Assembly: GCA_018814355.1 (NCBI GenBank)
Contig: JAHIZT010000037.1
Coordinates: forward strand, 5,989-69,988
From: Thermoplasmatota archaeon
Lineage (GTDB): Archaea; Thermoplasmatota; Thermoplasmata; UBA10834
Direction: 5' to 3'
Length of the DNA stretch: 64,000 bases
Shown: positions 28,201 through 37,032 of the stretch, one piece after another
How the letters are laid out: each line of letters starts with the position of its first letter
Position numbering within the stretch: position 1 is the first letter of the stretch
The notes under the pieces: generated by a model
The model's input: only the letters and a program-made list of their open reading frames with translations
Databases searched by the model: none
Told to the model about the DNA's origin: nothing
Translations under genes and position numbers: made by a program

Positions 28201-29717
28201 CCATGTACGGCTTCCTGATAATCGTTCAAACGAACCTTCCGGACCTGATCTACCGGAACGGGAACGACATGCTGAGGATAATCGTCTGCACTGATAGGTT
28301 CGGTCCAGGCATCGCTTTCGGCGTGCGAATCGCGAGGCTCACGGACGGCAGCTATGACATACTCGCGAACGCCACACTGGTGCTGAAGAACGGTGTGGTC
28401 AACGTGCTCATCGACCCGCTCATGCACATAATGAGGCGCCTGGTGGAGGTGCATTGCACCGCCAAGACATGGGGCATGGACATCGTCATGCCGGAGGTCG
28501 AGCCGTACGATCTCGCAAGCGTGAGCACGTCCCAGATCCCTGGTGTAGGGACTTTCCTCTCCAACATACCTATTCCAATCCTTGGGCTCTCGGCATCCAT
28601 CGAAGCTGGTATGGAACTCAAGTACTCGCCGCCATTCCCGACCGATGTCGTCGTCAACGAGTTCGAGTCGAACCCGCACGGGGACGATTCAGGAAAGGAA
28701 TGGGTGGAGCTCTACAACCCTCTAGGGGTGCCCAAATGCGTCGACGGCTGGATGGTCTCCACGGTCCACGGCAGGAACAGCGCCATGAGGATATCGGGCA
28801 CGATAGCTCCAAACGGGCTCCTGACCTTCGCGTTCCCCGAGACATCGGTGGACAACGGCGAACCTGGGGATCCGTTCAACAACGGTGACTCGATAGTCCT
28901 CACGGACCCAGCCGGGGTGCCCGTCGATTCAACGCCAATGCTGAGAGACGGGGGCAATGACGAGAAGACGAACCAGCGCAGTTGGGACGGCGGCCCCAAG
29001 TGGGTTTTCAGGCAAGGGAGCAAGGGCGGCTCCAACGGAGTGCCCGTCCTTCTGGCCAGCGAGGACTTCATCGTCAAGGCGTTGTTCGAGGCGTTCAAGG
29101 AGGCCTTTATACAGACACAGCTGCAGGAGGTCTCCGCCTCCCTGGACTTCGTCTTGCTGTTCGCGAAGCGCGTGCTGAACAACTTCATAGAGAACCTGCT
29201 CTCCCTGGTCAAGGAGATCATCCACGCGGTGATCTTCTATGTCAAAGTAGTACTGAGCGACGCCTCGGGGACGGCAGGGGTCGGGATGAGGCAGTCCTTT
29301 GTCGTCACGGGCGAGGCCATCGTCGATCTGCTCCGATGGCTCGTACATACGCTCGCCACCTTCATAGTGAACCTTGGCAGGCCGAGCAACCCGATCGTCT
29401 ATCCGACCTTCCCGAAGAGCATCTTCTCTGAGCTGTACCTCTCCTTCGAGGTGCTGTTCACGGTGGGCATGCCAAAGATGGTCCGCGTCCTGGGCGCGGT
29501 TGGGGACTTGGGCCACGACTTCACGATGGCGGTGTCGATCTCCCCCAACATCCCAGCGCTGGGCAAGGTGATGGGAAGGAACTGGGGCAACTGGAGCGTC
29601 GAGTTCGGAGCTTACCTAGAAGGAGTGCCCGCAGGGTTCGCAATGGGGTTCCTCGTTGTCGAGGCTGGGAAGTACATCGATTTTTGGCTTTTCAAGGGGA
29701 GAGTGTATGGTCTCTGA
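25278..29717 (+). CDS. Giant predicted surface (glyco)protein with N-terminal signal anchor/TM, many N-x-S/T sequons and a lamin-tail domain (LTD); the ORF could extend to 25143
   Basis: A single uninterrupted ORF of about 1480-1524 aa. It has an N-terminal hydrophobic helix (VSFAVIAVVLLTASAITGTYMA) and an LTD signature (VVVNEFESNPHGDDSGKEWVELYNP...VDGWMVS...). The C-terminal end is hydrophobic. GGAGG lies 17 nt upstream of the ATG at 25278. Confidence 0.7.
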   Translation: MAMSIRTVGLGSSLSKLRSMNRDRAGQVSFAVIAVVLLTASAITGTYMAKSQLDRAQDERRQKLLDAMEDAAGDVIQELSLCGASKAHETVSSWTRFPVNESDISDAYSDKVSMYIGTSYPRSEGKFAVEVSNWTGGLFFIERKTLDLVPQEANGTEELEIDGIKMDYEKLPSPSAEVMGETTANPYYVALGNFSIRVSVKNVALVKQSSFQRPIVSALPFLESKLRAFEGASDGELSDLGRLLGYMLSTLCELRVLEGYGQPMYSGRETSQVLTEDDVYRAVAVGLLLEQARVFRTVDHGFAAQVADACGGGYPGIDAFLSPKERTLDAAELFLWFLGITKPQIDSRMIIAQAVFGLSDALALRIMDYMGWLGQLDLAKGLLDSMHSTIDSFVSFLTGVDKSWIAVVSWIGKTLKMTGADPRAYSELFSSPEDFSVLVPERQYFVEDASGNLYPVWVGNMSCPVNVPQYDLLSSAKWKDFYASYKECQASFRTQLADGITRLAFDIADLAQLDMNETVVDPTDGRDIFESLVHGSGEVDLRLERTSLAQRGKNLPMFSSNYQLATRFGQFVNANGLSLVNRTGLLQATYSDLATSVAASARYAYIPDLVVPVEQQIEDIVRHDVELDAGWGVGAATASFLDGISARDLERLVALVNMSIVKADDGFMGPLVDSVANMIAWGTDTLPGLEQLVEMQLSAFARQVLEQKEFSAHKRHVQVGLGGTFEFWEGDKTSAAGNARVMNESLNVSVQSGLPPMQTVPFDASAGYDSLENLFPTDNMLVQVKGPWDFDSSIASYPNLHLTSADNETLKPYSTQWTVSVLGVLSLALSTHNSAMQSILSDGGTESRRSIRIEVCVPVVVHSAWPLQGVVYNPTNTALADGLAAARVCYDILWDKLGPVLGWVKDGMEMIYKFVSDAFDVLARFANRMIKYITEAMQTLIENLQEYIQKVADSALGKAIRWFIDITGRVEFRFSMYGFLIIVQTNLPDLIYRNGNDMLRIIVCTDRFGPGIAFGVRIARLTDGSYDILANATLVLKNGVVNVLIDPLMHIMRRLVEVHCTAKTWGMDIVMPEVEPYDLASVSTSQIPGVGTFLSNIPIPILGLSASIEAGMELKYSPPFPTDVVVNEFESNPHGDDSGKEWVELYNPLGVPKCVDGWMVSTVHGRNSAMRISGTIAPNGLLTFAFPETSVDNGEPGDPFNNGDSIVLTDPAGVPVDSTPMLRDGGNDEKTNQRSWDGGPKWVFRQGSKGGSNGVPVLLASEDFIVKALFEAFKEAFIQTQLQEVSASLDFVLLFAKRVLNNFIENLLSLVKEIIHAVIFYVKVVLSDASGTAGVGMRQSFVVTGEAIVDLLRWLVHTLATFIVNLGRPSNPIVYPTFPKSIFSELYLSFEVLFTVGMPKMVRVLGAVGDLGHDFTMAVSISPNIPALGKVMGRNWGNWSVEFGAYLEGVPAGFAMGFLVVEAGKYIDFWLFKGRVYGL

Positions 29718-29723
29718 TGTCCC

Positions 29724-29740
29724 ACAAAAAAAATAAATGT
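29724..29740 (+). promoter_or_regulatory. A-rich BRE/TATA-like element (caaaaaaaataaatg) about 30 nt upstream of the antiporter ATG
   Basis: It is the only AT-rich patch in a 52-bp spacer. Its position fits a short-leader archaeal promoter. Confidence 0.3.
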
Positions 29741-29768
29741 CCAAGATGTATCCGCTGACTGGTCATCC

Positions 29769-30995
29769 ATGGACATATCACTGGCATCGATATTGGACAA
29801 CATGCTCTCGGATGTCTGGTTCCAGCTCACGTTCCTCCTAGTGGTATCGCTGTTCGCGAGCTTGATCTTCGCACGGTTCGGCCAGCCCAAGGTTATCGGA
29901 TACATCGTTGTGGGCGTGGTCATCGGACCGAGCGTTCTGGGCATAATAACGCCCGCTGCGGGCGAGGTCTCGGGCCTCCCCGAGGTCATTCAGATGCTCG
30001 CGCTGCTCGGGTCGATCATCCTGCTGTTCATGATAGGGCTCGAGTGCGACCTGAAGGAGGTGTACACGAAGCGCTCGATAGCGATCGCCGTCGGTGGTGT
30101 CCTCCTTCCGTGGTTGGGCGGATTCCTCGTCGCGGGCCTGTTCGGATACGACACGATTGATGCGGTCTTCATCGGCACGGCGCTCGTGGCCACAAGCGTG
30201 GCCGTCACCGCGGGCGTGACTTCTGAACTTGGCATGATCGGCACCCCCGTGGCCTACGCCATCATCGGGGCGGCAGTGGTGGACGATGTTCTCGGCATGG
30301 TCGCCCTCTCGATCTCGAAGAACTTCCCCGAGGGTGCGATCGACCCGTTGAGCATACTGCTGTTGGTCGGAGGCGCGGTCCTGTTCATCGTGCTGGGCTC
30401 CTGGATAGGCTCCAGGTTCCTCACGAAACTCGTGTTCAACGTCCAGGTCTCAGGATATCGCCGAAAGCTCCCCATGAGCGGGTTCGTCCTCGCCCTTTCG
30501 ATCGCGTTCCTCTATTCCTTCATCGCTGAGACCATCCAGATATCTGCAGTCGTTGGGGCGTTCGTGGCCGGGACGGCCTTCTCTGGATCCGTTCTCAGGG
30601 ACGGGTTCAGGAAGGGAACGCAGTACCTCGAGGCGCTTTTCGTGCCCATATTCTTCGTCTCGCTCGGGGTCGTAGTGGATATCAGCGGCATGCTGGATGC
30701 CATATTGTTCGGTGTGGTCCTCACAGTCGTCGCCGTGCTCACCAAGATCGTTGGATGCGGCCTTCCGGCCAGGTTGACGGGCATGAAGTTCTGGGACTCG
30801 ATGGCGGTCGGCGTGGGAATGACTCCCAGGCTCGAGATCGCATTCATCATTGCGTACGTGGGGCTGTCAAGCGGGATGATCGGACCCGACGTCTATTCCG
30901 TAGTTGTCTTCATGGGACTCGTGACCGCCCTCTTCGCCCCGTTCCTGCTCAGGAAATCTCTTGAGCGGGGAGGGCACGTAATGCTTCCATCGTGA
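29769..30995 (+). CDS. Monovalent cation:proton antiporter (CPA2 / Kef-type Na+/H+ exchanger family)
   Basis: 408 aa with 11-13 TM and the Na_H_Exchanger family pattern. Confidence 0.85.
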   Translation: MDISLASILDNMLSDVWFQLTFLLVVSLFASLIFARFGQPKVIGYIVVGVVIGPSVLGIITPAAGEVSGLPEVIQMLALLGSIILLFMIGLECDLKEVYTKRSIAIAVGGVLLPWLGGFLVAGLFGYDTIDAVFIGTALVATSVAVTAGVTSELGMIGTPVAYAIIGAAVVDDVLGMVALSISKNFPEGAIDPLSILLLVGGAVLFIVLGSWIGSRFLTKLVFNVQVSGYRRKLPMSGFVLALSIAFLYSFIAETIQISAVVGAFVAGTAFSGSVLRDGFRKGTQYLEALFVPIFFVSLGVVVDISGMLDAILFGVVLTVVAVLTKIVGCGLPARLTGMKFWDSMAVGVGMTPRLEIAFIIAYVGLSSGMIGPDVYSVVVFMGLVTALFAPFLLRKSLERGGHVMLPS

Positions 30996-31024
30996 CGTTG
31001 GCAATTGAACCGATGGGAGTCAAG

Positions 31025-31234
31025 TCAGTTCTCTGCGGTCGCATAGCTCTCGCCGTAGGGTCTGCCCTTGGCAAGGTTCTGCCCGTTCTCCGGCTCGGGT
31101 CCATCCATGCCTAGCGCGAGTAGAAAAGCTCGGCCGAACGCGACCGCTGAGTCTCTATTCCCGATGCTCGTCTCGTACAGGAACGCCCTGCCCACGAGCA
31201 CTGCGAAATCCTTGTTCTTCATCATACTGACCAT
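31025..31234 (-). CDS. Hypothetical small protein (69 aa); weak call
   Basis: An ORF lying alone in the spacer between the antiporter and serS, with no recognisable motif. Confidence 0.25.
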   Translation of the reverse strand: MVSMMKNKDFAVLVGRAFLYETSIGNRDSAVAFGRAFLLALGMDGPEPENGQNLAKGRPYGESYATAEN

Positions 31235-31308
31235 TTCGACATGATGACTATCCTCTTGCAGAGGTTATATAGAGGTCAGTGGTGGCAATCACGGCTGATT
31301 CTCAGTAG

Positions 31309-31317
31309 TGAAAAACG
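31309..31317 (-). terminator. Oligo-T tract (T5 on minus strand) about 22 nt downstream of the serS stop, archaeal-type intrinsic terminator
   Basis: The minus-strand reading is ...caatgtcgTTTTTcac immediately after the TGA. Confidence 0.4.
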
Positions 31318-31336
31318 ACATTGGTCATGGTCTACG

Positions 31337-32599
31337 TCACCCGATGGTCTGTTGTCCTTTCATGTACGGCTTGAGGACTTCTGGTATCGTCACCGTGCCG
31401 TCCTTGTTCTGGTAGTTGTCGAGGACGGCTATCATAGTCCTAGGGAGCGCGATCCCCGAACCGTTCAGCGTGTGCACGAACTCGCTCTTGAGATGCGGCT
31501 CCCTCCTGAACTTGATCATCGCCCTCCGTGCCTGGAACTCCTTGAAATCGCTGCACGAAGAGACTTCCAGCCATTGGTCCATGGCAGGGGCGTACGCCTC
31601 GATGTCGTATGTCTTCGAAGAGTGGAACCCTGTGTCTGCCGTGCACAGGAGCCTGACCCTGTAGGGCAGCTTCAGCCCTTGTACGACGGCCTCAGCATCT
31701 GCGAGAAGTGTCTCCAGTTCCTGCTGCGAGGTCTCAGGGAGGACGAACTTGACGAGCTCGACCTTGTTGAACTGATGGACACGAGCGATACCCTTCGTCT
31801 CGATATGCTTCCCCGCCTCCCGTCTGAACGAAGGCAGATAGGCCGTGTGGTAGATCGGCAGTTGCTCCCTCTTGAGTATCTCGTCCGCGTAGAGGTTCGT
31901 GACCGGGACCTCCGCAGTCGGGTTGAGGTACATGTCGTCTCTCTCGATCCAGTACATGTCGTCGTGCATCTTCGGCAGCTGTCCCGTGCCGACGCACGCC
32001 TTCCTGTTGATCACGATTGGCGGGAAGAGTTCCTCGTATCCTTGGTCGTGGTGAAGATCGAGCATGAACTGTATCAGCGCCCTCTCCAGCCTCGCACCGT
32101 CTCCCTTCAGTAAGTAGAATCCAGTGCCGGCGACCTTGGCCCCTCTCTCGAAGTCCAGGATGTCCAGCTTCTCCCCTATCTCCCAGTGGGAGAGCGGTTT
32201 GAAATCGAACTTCCTGAGGTTCCCCCATGTCTTGACTATCTTACTGTCGTTAGCGCTCGTGCCGACCGGGACGCTCGGGTCTGGTATGTTCGGCATGTTG
32301 AGGAGCGTGTCGTCCCTGTCGGCCTCCAAACCCTTTACAGAACTCTCGATGATTCGAATCCTGTCCGCTATGGCCCTCATCTCGGTTATCACAGTCTGCT
32401 TCTGCTCTGTGCTCAGCTTAGGGACCTGCTCGGAGACCTCGTTGCGCTTCTTCCTGAGGGCGTTCCCCTCCTCTGTGAGGGCTCTCCACTTCGTGTCAAG
32501 CTCCAAGAACTTCTCGAGAACGGAGAGGTCGTAGTTCCTGTTCTTCAGTGATTGTCGGACCAACTCCTCGTTGTCCCGGATGAACTTGGCGTCGAGCAA
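31337..32599 (-). CDS. serS: Seryl-tRNA synthetase
   Basis: N-terminal coiled coil (MLDAKFIRDNEELV...) and a class II core collinear with canonical SerRS (420 aa). Confidence 0.95.
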   Translation of the reverse strand: MLDAKFIRDNEELVRQSLKNRNYDLSVLEKFLELDTKWRALTEEGNALRKKRNEVSEQVPKLSTEQKQTVITEMRAIADRIRIIESSVKGLEADRDDTLLNMPNIPDPSVPVGTSANDSKIVKTWGNLRKFDFKPLSHWEIGEKLDILDFERGAKVAGTGFYLLKGDGARLERALIQFMLDLHHDQGYEELFPPIVINRKACVGTGQLPKMHDDMYWIERDDMYLNPTAEVPVTNLYADEILKREQLPIYHTAYLPSFRREAGKHIETKGIARVHQFNKVELVKFVLPETSQQELETLLADAEAVVQGLKLPYRVRLLCTADTGFHSSKTYDIEAYAPAMDQWLEVSSCSDFKEFQARRAMIKFRREPHLKSEFVHTLNGSGIALPRTMIAVLDNYQNKDGTVTIPEVLKPYMKGQQTIG

Positions 32600-32671
32600 T
32601 CCCTACCACTCTCTTCGTTTTGACAATAATCTAGTCGATATTTAAAGTGTGGTCACGGCATGGCCAGGGGA

Positions 32672-32938
32672 TCATTCCTTGGCGAGCACGACCGTCCGGC
32701 CTCTCACTTCCACCATCGTGGAGGATGTGGCCTCTGCTAGCTCCTGACCCGAAGCCTTCCTGTCGCCTTCCACGGCCGGCAGCAGCCTCACTTTCACGAG
32801 CTTGTTCTTCTTGAGCTGCATGGACAGTTCCTCCAGAACCGTGTCGGTGACGCCTTCCTTTCCGATATGGACCGTGCAGGGCAAGGACTGCGCCTTGCCT
32901 CGGAGCTCGATTATCGTCTTCTTGTCCGTCGCCATCAT
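32672..32938 (-). CDS. YhbY/CRS1 (CRM-domain) RNA-binding protein
   Basis: KKTIIELRGKAQSLPCTVHIGKEGVTDTVLEELSMQLKKNKLVKV matches the CRS1_YhbY fold. The start was trimmed to MMATDKK and overlaps the Rpp21 stop by 4 nt. Confidence 0.65.
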   Translation of the reverse strand: MMATDKKTIIELRGKAQSLPCTVHIGKEGVTDTVLEELSMQLKKNKLVKVRLLPAVEGDRKASGQELAEATSSTMVEVRGRTVVLAKE

Positions 32939-33252
32939 CTCCTGCCCTGGCTCAACGGGTACCTGAGGACATTGCCACAGCCGAGACACGTCATGGCTAT
33001 CCTCCCAGACCGGGTCCTGACTCGGACGTTCTTTGGCGGCAGGAAGAATACGTGGCAGGCCGGACAATAAGTGCGCTTGTGACCCGTGCGGACCTTGTGC
33101 CTTTCTCCCATCCTCAGGGCAAGTGATACATATCTCTTGGCCCTCTCATCGTGTCCCGAGGCCGTTTCCTGCTGCGCGAGCTCGAACAACCGATCGATTC
33201 GCTCGCGGGCGATGTCCTTTGCATCTCGCTTGGCAACGTGTCTTCGTCCCAT
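32935..33252 (-). CDS. rnp4: RNase P protein subunit Rpp21 (Rpr2)
   Basis: Zn-ribbon YCPACHVFF...CLGCGNV, a basic N-terminal helix region, and about 105 aa. Confidence 0.8.
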   Translation of the reverse strand: MGRRHVAKRDAKDIARERIDRLFELAQQETASGHDERAKRYVSLALRMGERHKVRTGHKRTYCPACHVFFLPPKNVRVRTRSGRIAMTCLGCGNVLRYPLSQGRR

Positions 33253-33403
33253 TCTTTGTCCTAATCATGCTGAGCGTAGATAATGATTGGCGGGAGGTTG
33301 GTGCATGGCCAGCTCGGAAACCAACGCCTAGCGCTCCTCAGTGAGGTTTAAATACAGCCACAATTATCTCCGCAAACCTGAGATAGGTACCTCTGGTGTT
33401 CAT

Positions 33404-33919
33404 ATGTCCCGCAAACCTGGAAGCATGTACAGGGAGATCAAGGGGCAGGCCTACTCCCGAAGGGAGTACATGGGTGGAGTCCCTGCAAGTCGGATTACCC
33501 AATTCGAGCACGGCCAGAAGGGGGACTACGCAGTACGCATGACGCTCCGAGTCGTTGAGCAGTGCCAGATCCGGCACATTGCTCTAGAGTCCGCACGCAT
33601 ATCGGCCAATAGATATCTAGCCAAGAAGATCCCTCAGAATTCGTATCACCTCAAGATCCGCGTCTATCCGCACAATGTTCTAAGGGAGAATAAGATCGCC
33701 ACGGGCGCTGGTGCAGACCGCATATCGAGTGGAATGAGACATGCATTCGGCAAGGCCATCGGAACTGCCGCCAGGGTGAGCCACGACCAAGAGGTCATCT
33801 CCATCGAGACTACGCAGGCTTATTTCGCTGATGCCAAGATGGCATTGAAGAGGGCATCTATCAAGTTGCCGTCCCCGTGCTACATCGAGATCGAGCGCGG
33901 CCGACCGACCGCCGCTTGA
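33404..33919 (+). CDS. rpl10e: 50S ribosomal protein L10e (uL16)
   Basis: MSRKPGSMYREIKGQAYSRREYMGGVP...RVYPH..., a conserved L10e sequence. The start was chosen at MSRKPG to give about 171 aa. Confidence 0.9.
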   Translation: MSRKPGSMYREIKGQAYSRREYMGGVPASRITQFEHGQKGDYAVRMTLRVVEQCQIRHIALESARISANRYLAKKIPQNSYHLKIRVYPHNVLRENKIATGAGADRISSGMRHAFGKAIGTAARVSHDQEVISIETTQAYFADAKMALKRASIKLPSPCYIEIERGRPTAA

Positions 33920-33951
33920 GACGACTTTGGACCCCTAGGTGCCGCACAACG

Positions 33952-33980
33952 TTCTTTATCATTGTTCTCTTTACTCTTAT
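33952..33980 (+). terminator. T-rich tract downstream of rpl10e, enclosed by an 8-bp inverted repeat
   Basis: ttctttatcattgttctctttactcttat lies about 33 nt after the stop. It is flanked by cctaggtg (33934-33941) and cacctagg (34001-34008). Confidence 0.35.
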
Positions 33981-34040
33981 AGCCCCGCTGAACGGTGTCA
34001 CACCTAGGATGCCGGGGAGCGCAAGGTTGGCCTTTGGAGA

Positions 34041-35036
34041 ATGTACGACATAGATCTCACCAGCGCGATATCCGAAATCAAGCGGCTGAAGGCGAGGATA
34101 GTGGCTCTTCAGGTGCCTGAAGGACTCAAGAAGCGCGCCTATCAGCTTGCTGAGGACCTCGAGAACAAGTCCGGGGCTGAAGTCCTGGTTGTCGCAGAAC
34201 CGTGCTTCGGGGCTTGTGATGTCCCGAGCTCGCTGTTCGACATGGTGGATGCTATTGTCAATGTCGGCCATTCACCCATCCCCTGTTTGAAGTTCTCCAA
34301 ACCTCTCATATTCGTCCCCGCGCGTTCCAAAGTGCCGCTTGGCGATCAGTTGAAGAAGTCTGTCGGGATGCTCCAGGAACCTGTCGGAGTGCTCGCTACA
34401 TCGCAGCATTTGACAGAGCTCGATGATGTCATCGATGGTCTTGAGAGCATGGGCATCAAGACCAGGATAGGCGAGGGGGACAGCAGGATATCCCATGCCG
34501 GCGAGGTCCTTGGATGCAACTACACATCCGCGATTTCTGTCGCGAAGAACGTGGGGAGCTATCTTCTCATAGGCAGCGGAACTTTCCACGCACTGGGCGT
34601 GCACCTTGCCACGGGCAAGAAGGTCGTAGTGCTCGACCCCAACTTGGAGGAACCTAGGGAGATAGATCAGGCCATGGACAAAATACTCAGGCAGAGACAT
34701 GCCGTGATAGAGAAGGCCGAGAAGGCCCGGACCTTCGGGATAATCGTGGGAGAGAAGATTGGGCAGAGGAGGATGAGGCGGGCAAAGGAGCTGCGGAAAC
34801 TGCTTAGATGGAAGAAGAAGGATGCCGCTCTTATCCTCATGGACAAGTTCGACCCGGAGAAGCTGAAGTCGCTCGGGTTCGACGCGTACGTCTCGACCGC
34901 ATGCCCGAGAATCGCGATAGATGACATGGCTATTTATGACAGGCCCCTACTGACCCCCCAGGAGCTGGAGATAGTGCTTGGTGTTAGGAAGTGGGAGAAT
35001 TACTCATTTGACCAGATGACCGAGGATGAGCTCTGA
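34041..35036 (+). CDS. dph2: Diphthamide biosynthesis enzyme Dph2 (2-(3-amino-3-carboxypropyl)histidine synthase)
   Basis: Three-domain archaeal Dph2 pattern with conserved Cys (CFGACD..., SISHAGEVLGCN, VSTACPRIAIDD), at 331 aa. Confidence 0.85.
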   Translation: MYDIDLTSAISEIKRLKARIVALQVPEGLKKRAYQLAEDLENKSGAEVLVVAEPCFGACDVPSSLFDMVDAIVNVGHSPIPCLKFSKPLIFVPARSKVPLGDQLKKSVGMLQEPVGVLATSQHLTELDDVIDGLESMGIKTRIGEGDSRISHAGEVLGCNYTSAISVAKNVGSYLLIGSGTFHALGVHLATGKKVVVLDPNLEEPREIDQAMDKILRQRHAVIEKAEKARTFGIIVGEKIGQRRMRRAKELRKLLRWKKKDAALILMDKFDPEKLKSLGFDAYVSTACPRIAIDDMAIYDRPLLTPQELEIVLGVRKWENYSFDQMTEDEL

Positions 35037-35051
35037 GGGTGGCGGTTCGGA

Positions 35052-35828
35052 ATGATAGATGTGAACGCCCTGCTATCTGTCGGTTGTCGCTCCAGGATCG
35101 CAGTCGGCATAGGGCTTCAAGAGGCACAGTTGTCACTCACCCAGCAGAAGCTCTCGTCCCTCGGATGCAAGGTTCGCCTGAAGCGGTTCAACGACTCGCA
35201 TGAGCTGGTGATGTCGTTGCGGGACGGCGACATAGATGCGGCCGTTAGAGGGACTCTTGGCTCCTCGAGAACCATCCAGGAGCTGAAAGCCTCGTTCGGC
35301 GTGAGAGAGATCATGCGCACGGCGGTCCTCGAAGATGCCAATGGGAAGCAGTTCCTGCTAACCCCGGTCGGGATCGATGAAGGGACTGACAGACAGTCGA
35401 GGATAGCGCTGGCCCTAGCATCGGTTACGTACTTCTCATCATCAGGCTGGTCGATGAAATGCGGGGTGCTTTCAAAGGGCCGAACGGAGGACTCCGGAAG
35501 AGGGTCGGATATCAGAACGAGCATCGAGGACGGTGACAGAATAGTCGACTCCCTGAGGGCGAAAGGACATGCAGCAGAACAGTACGCGATCCTGGTCGAG
35601 GATGCCGTCAGGGACTCGGATCTGGTGATAGCTCCGGATGGAGTCTCGGGAAACCTGATTTTCAGGACCCTCCATTTCGTAGGTGGGTGCAAAGCCTATG
35701 GCGCTCCGGTGGTGAACCTTTCGAGGGTCTTCGTCGACACTTCGCGATCGAAGTCGGACTTCTCGGATTCGGTCTTGTTGGCTGCGGGGTTGGTTGAGAC
35801 AAGGAGCAAGACCGTCAATCGCCCCTGA
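35052..35828 (+). CDS. Short PTA_PTB (phosphate acetyl/butyryl-transferase fold) family protein, MtxX-like
   Basis: The C-terminal IAPDGVSGNLIFRTLHFVGGCKAYGAPVVNLSR resembles the Pta C-terminal motif. At 258 aa it is much shorter than Pta. Confidence 0.45.
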   Translation: MIDVNALLSVGCRSRIAVGIGLQEAQLSLTQQKLSSLGCKVRLKRFNDSHELVMSLRDGDIDAAVRGTLGSSRTIQELKASFGVREIMRTAVLEDANGKQFLLTPVGIDEGTDRQSRIALALASVTYFSSSGWSMKCGVLSKGRTEDSGRGSDIRTSIEDGDRIVDSLRAKGHAAEQYAILVEDAVRDSDLVIAPDGVSGNLIFRTLHFVGGCKAYGAPVVNLSRVFVDTSRSKSDFSDSVLLAAGLVETRSKTVNRP

Positions 35829-35860
35829 AACTATTATAGTGACCTTGTCTTATCCCTTGG

Positions 35861-36331
35861 ATGATGAGGCTGCAGATCAATGGCTGGACTTCAAAGATAA
35901 CATTCTCCGCGACGCACATCATTCCGGGCCACTCCAAGTGTGGCAGGCTTCACGGACACGACTACGCGATTAACGCCAGCATCGAGGGCGAAATGGGTCC
36001 CGACGGTGTGATAATGGACTTCATTAGCGTGAAGGAGTTCCTCAGAGAGGTGGCCAATGAGCTGGATCACCGTGTCCTGATTCCGGCCAAGGACAAGGGT
36101 GTGCGAGTGGGAAAGGATTATGTTGAGTACAAGCTCGGCGACAAGGAGCTCAGATTGCCGAGATCGGACTGCATACTGCTCGAGATCAAGGTCGCTTCAG
36201 CGGAGACGCTTGCCAATTTTGTGCTTCAGAGGATGCTGGACAAGGTCAAGTTCCCCAAGAACGTCACGCGGATCGAGATCGGCGTGGACGAGGGCAGAGG
36301 CCAGGGAGCTTGGACAGGCGCCGATCTCTAG
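35861..36331 (+). CDS. queD: 6-carboxy-5,6,7,8-tetrahydropterin synthase (QueD / PTPS family)
   Basis: CGRLHGHDY zinc/catalytic motif, 156 aa. Confidence 0.85.
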   Translation: MMRLQINGWTSKITFSATHIIPGHSKCGRLHGHDYAINASIEGEMGPDGVIMDFISVKEFLREVANELDHRVLIPAKDKGVRVGKDYVEYKLGDKELRLPRSDCILLEIKVASAETLANFVLQRMLDKVKFPKNVTRIEIGVDEGRGQGAWTGADL

Positions 36332-36348
36332 GCCGATGGTGCATACAC

Positions 36349-37032
36349 ATGGCAGAGGCGGTCGTCCTTCTTTCTGGCGGTTTGGATTCATCGACGGTCC
36401 TTGCGATGGCACTTGAGCGAGGATTCGAGGTAGTCGCCCTGACCTTCGACTACGGACAGAAGCATCGGAGAGAGCTTGACTCCGCGACAAGAATCGCCAA
36501 GCATTATGGCGCGAAGGAACACATCGTTGTGCCGCTAGATCTCGGTCGATATCTGAACAGTTCCTTGACCCAGGATTCGATCTCGATACCTTCCGGGCGG
36601 AGCAAAGCGGAGATTGGTGCAGAGATTCCCAGCACATACGTCCCAGCAAGGAATATCGTTTTCCTCAGTATCGCTTCATCGATCGCCGAGAGCAGAGGCG
36701 CGGCCTCCGTTTTCATCGCGGCCAACGCAATCGACTTTAGCGGGTACCCAGATTGCACGCCGGAGTTCATGGACGCCTTCCAGAAGATGCTTGATGTGGG
36801 AACCAAGGCTGGAAGAGACGGACATGGTATCAAGATTGAAGCGCCGCTCCTCAGAAAGTCGAAGTCCCAGATCGTCAGAGATGCGATCCGGCTAAGAGTG
36901 CCTCTGGGGCTCACTTGGAGCTGCTACAGGGGAGGCGCAAAGGCGTGCGGCGAGTGCGATTCGTGCCGTTTGCGGCTTGAGGGGTTCGAAGCCGCTGGCG
37001 TCAAGGATCCGCTCGAATACGAGGTGAAGTGA
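36349..37032 (+). CDS. queC: 7-cyano-7-deazaguanine synthase
   Basis: PP-loop LLSGGLDSST and C-terminal Zn cluster CGECDSCRLR. The ATG lies 17 nt after the queD stop. Confidence 0.9.
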   Translation: MAEAVVLLSGGLDSSTVLAMALERGFEVVALTFDYGQKHRRELDSATRIAKHYGAKEHIVVPLDLGRYLNSSLTQDSISIPSGRSKAEIGAEIPSTYVPARNIVFLSIASSIAESRGAASVFIAANAIDFSGYPDCTPEFMDAFQKMLDVGTKAGRDGHGIKIEAPLLRKSKSQIVRDAIRLRVPLGLTWSCYRGGAKACGECDSCRLRLEGFEAAGVKDPLEYEVK

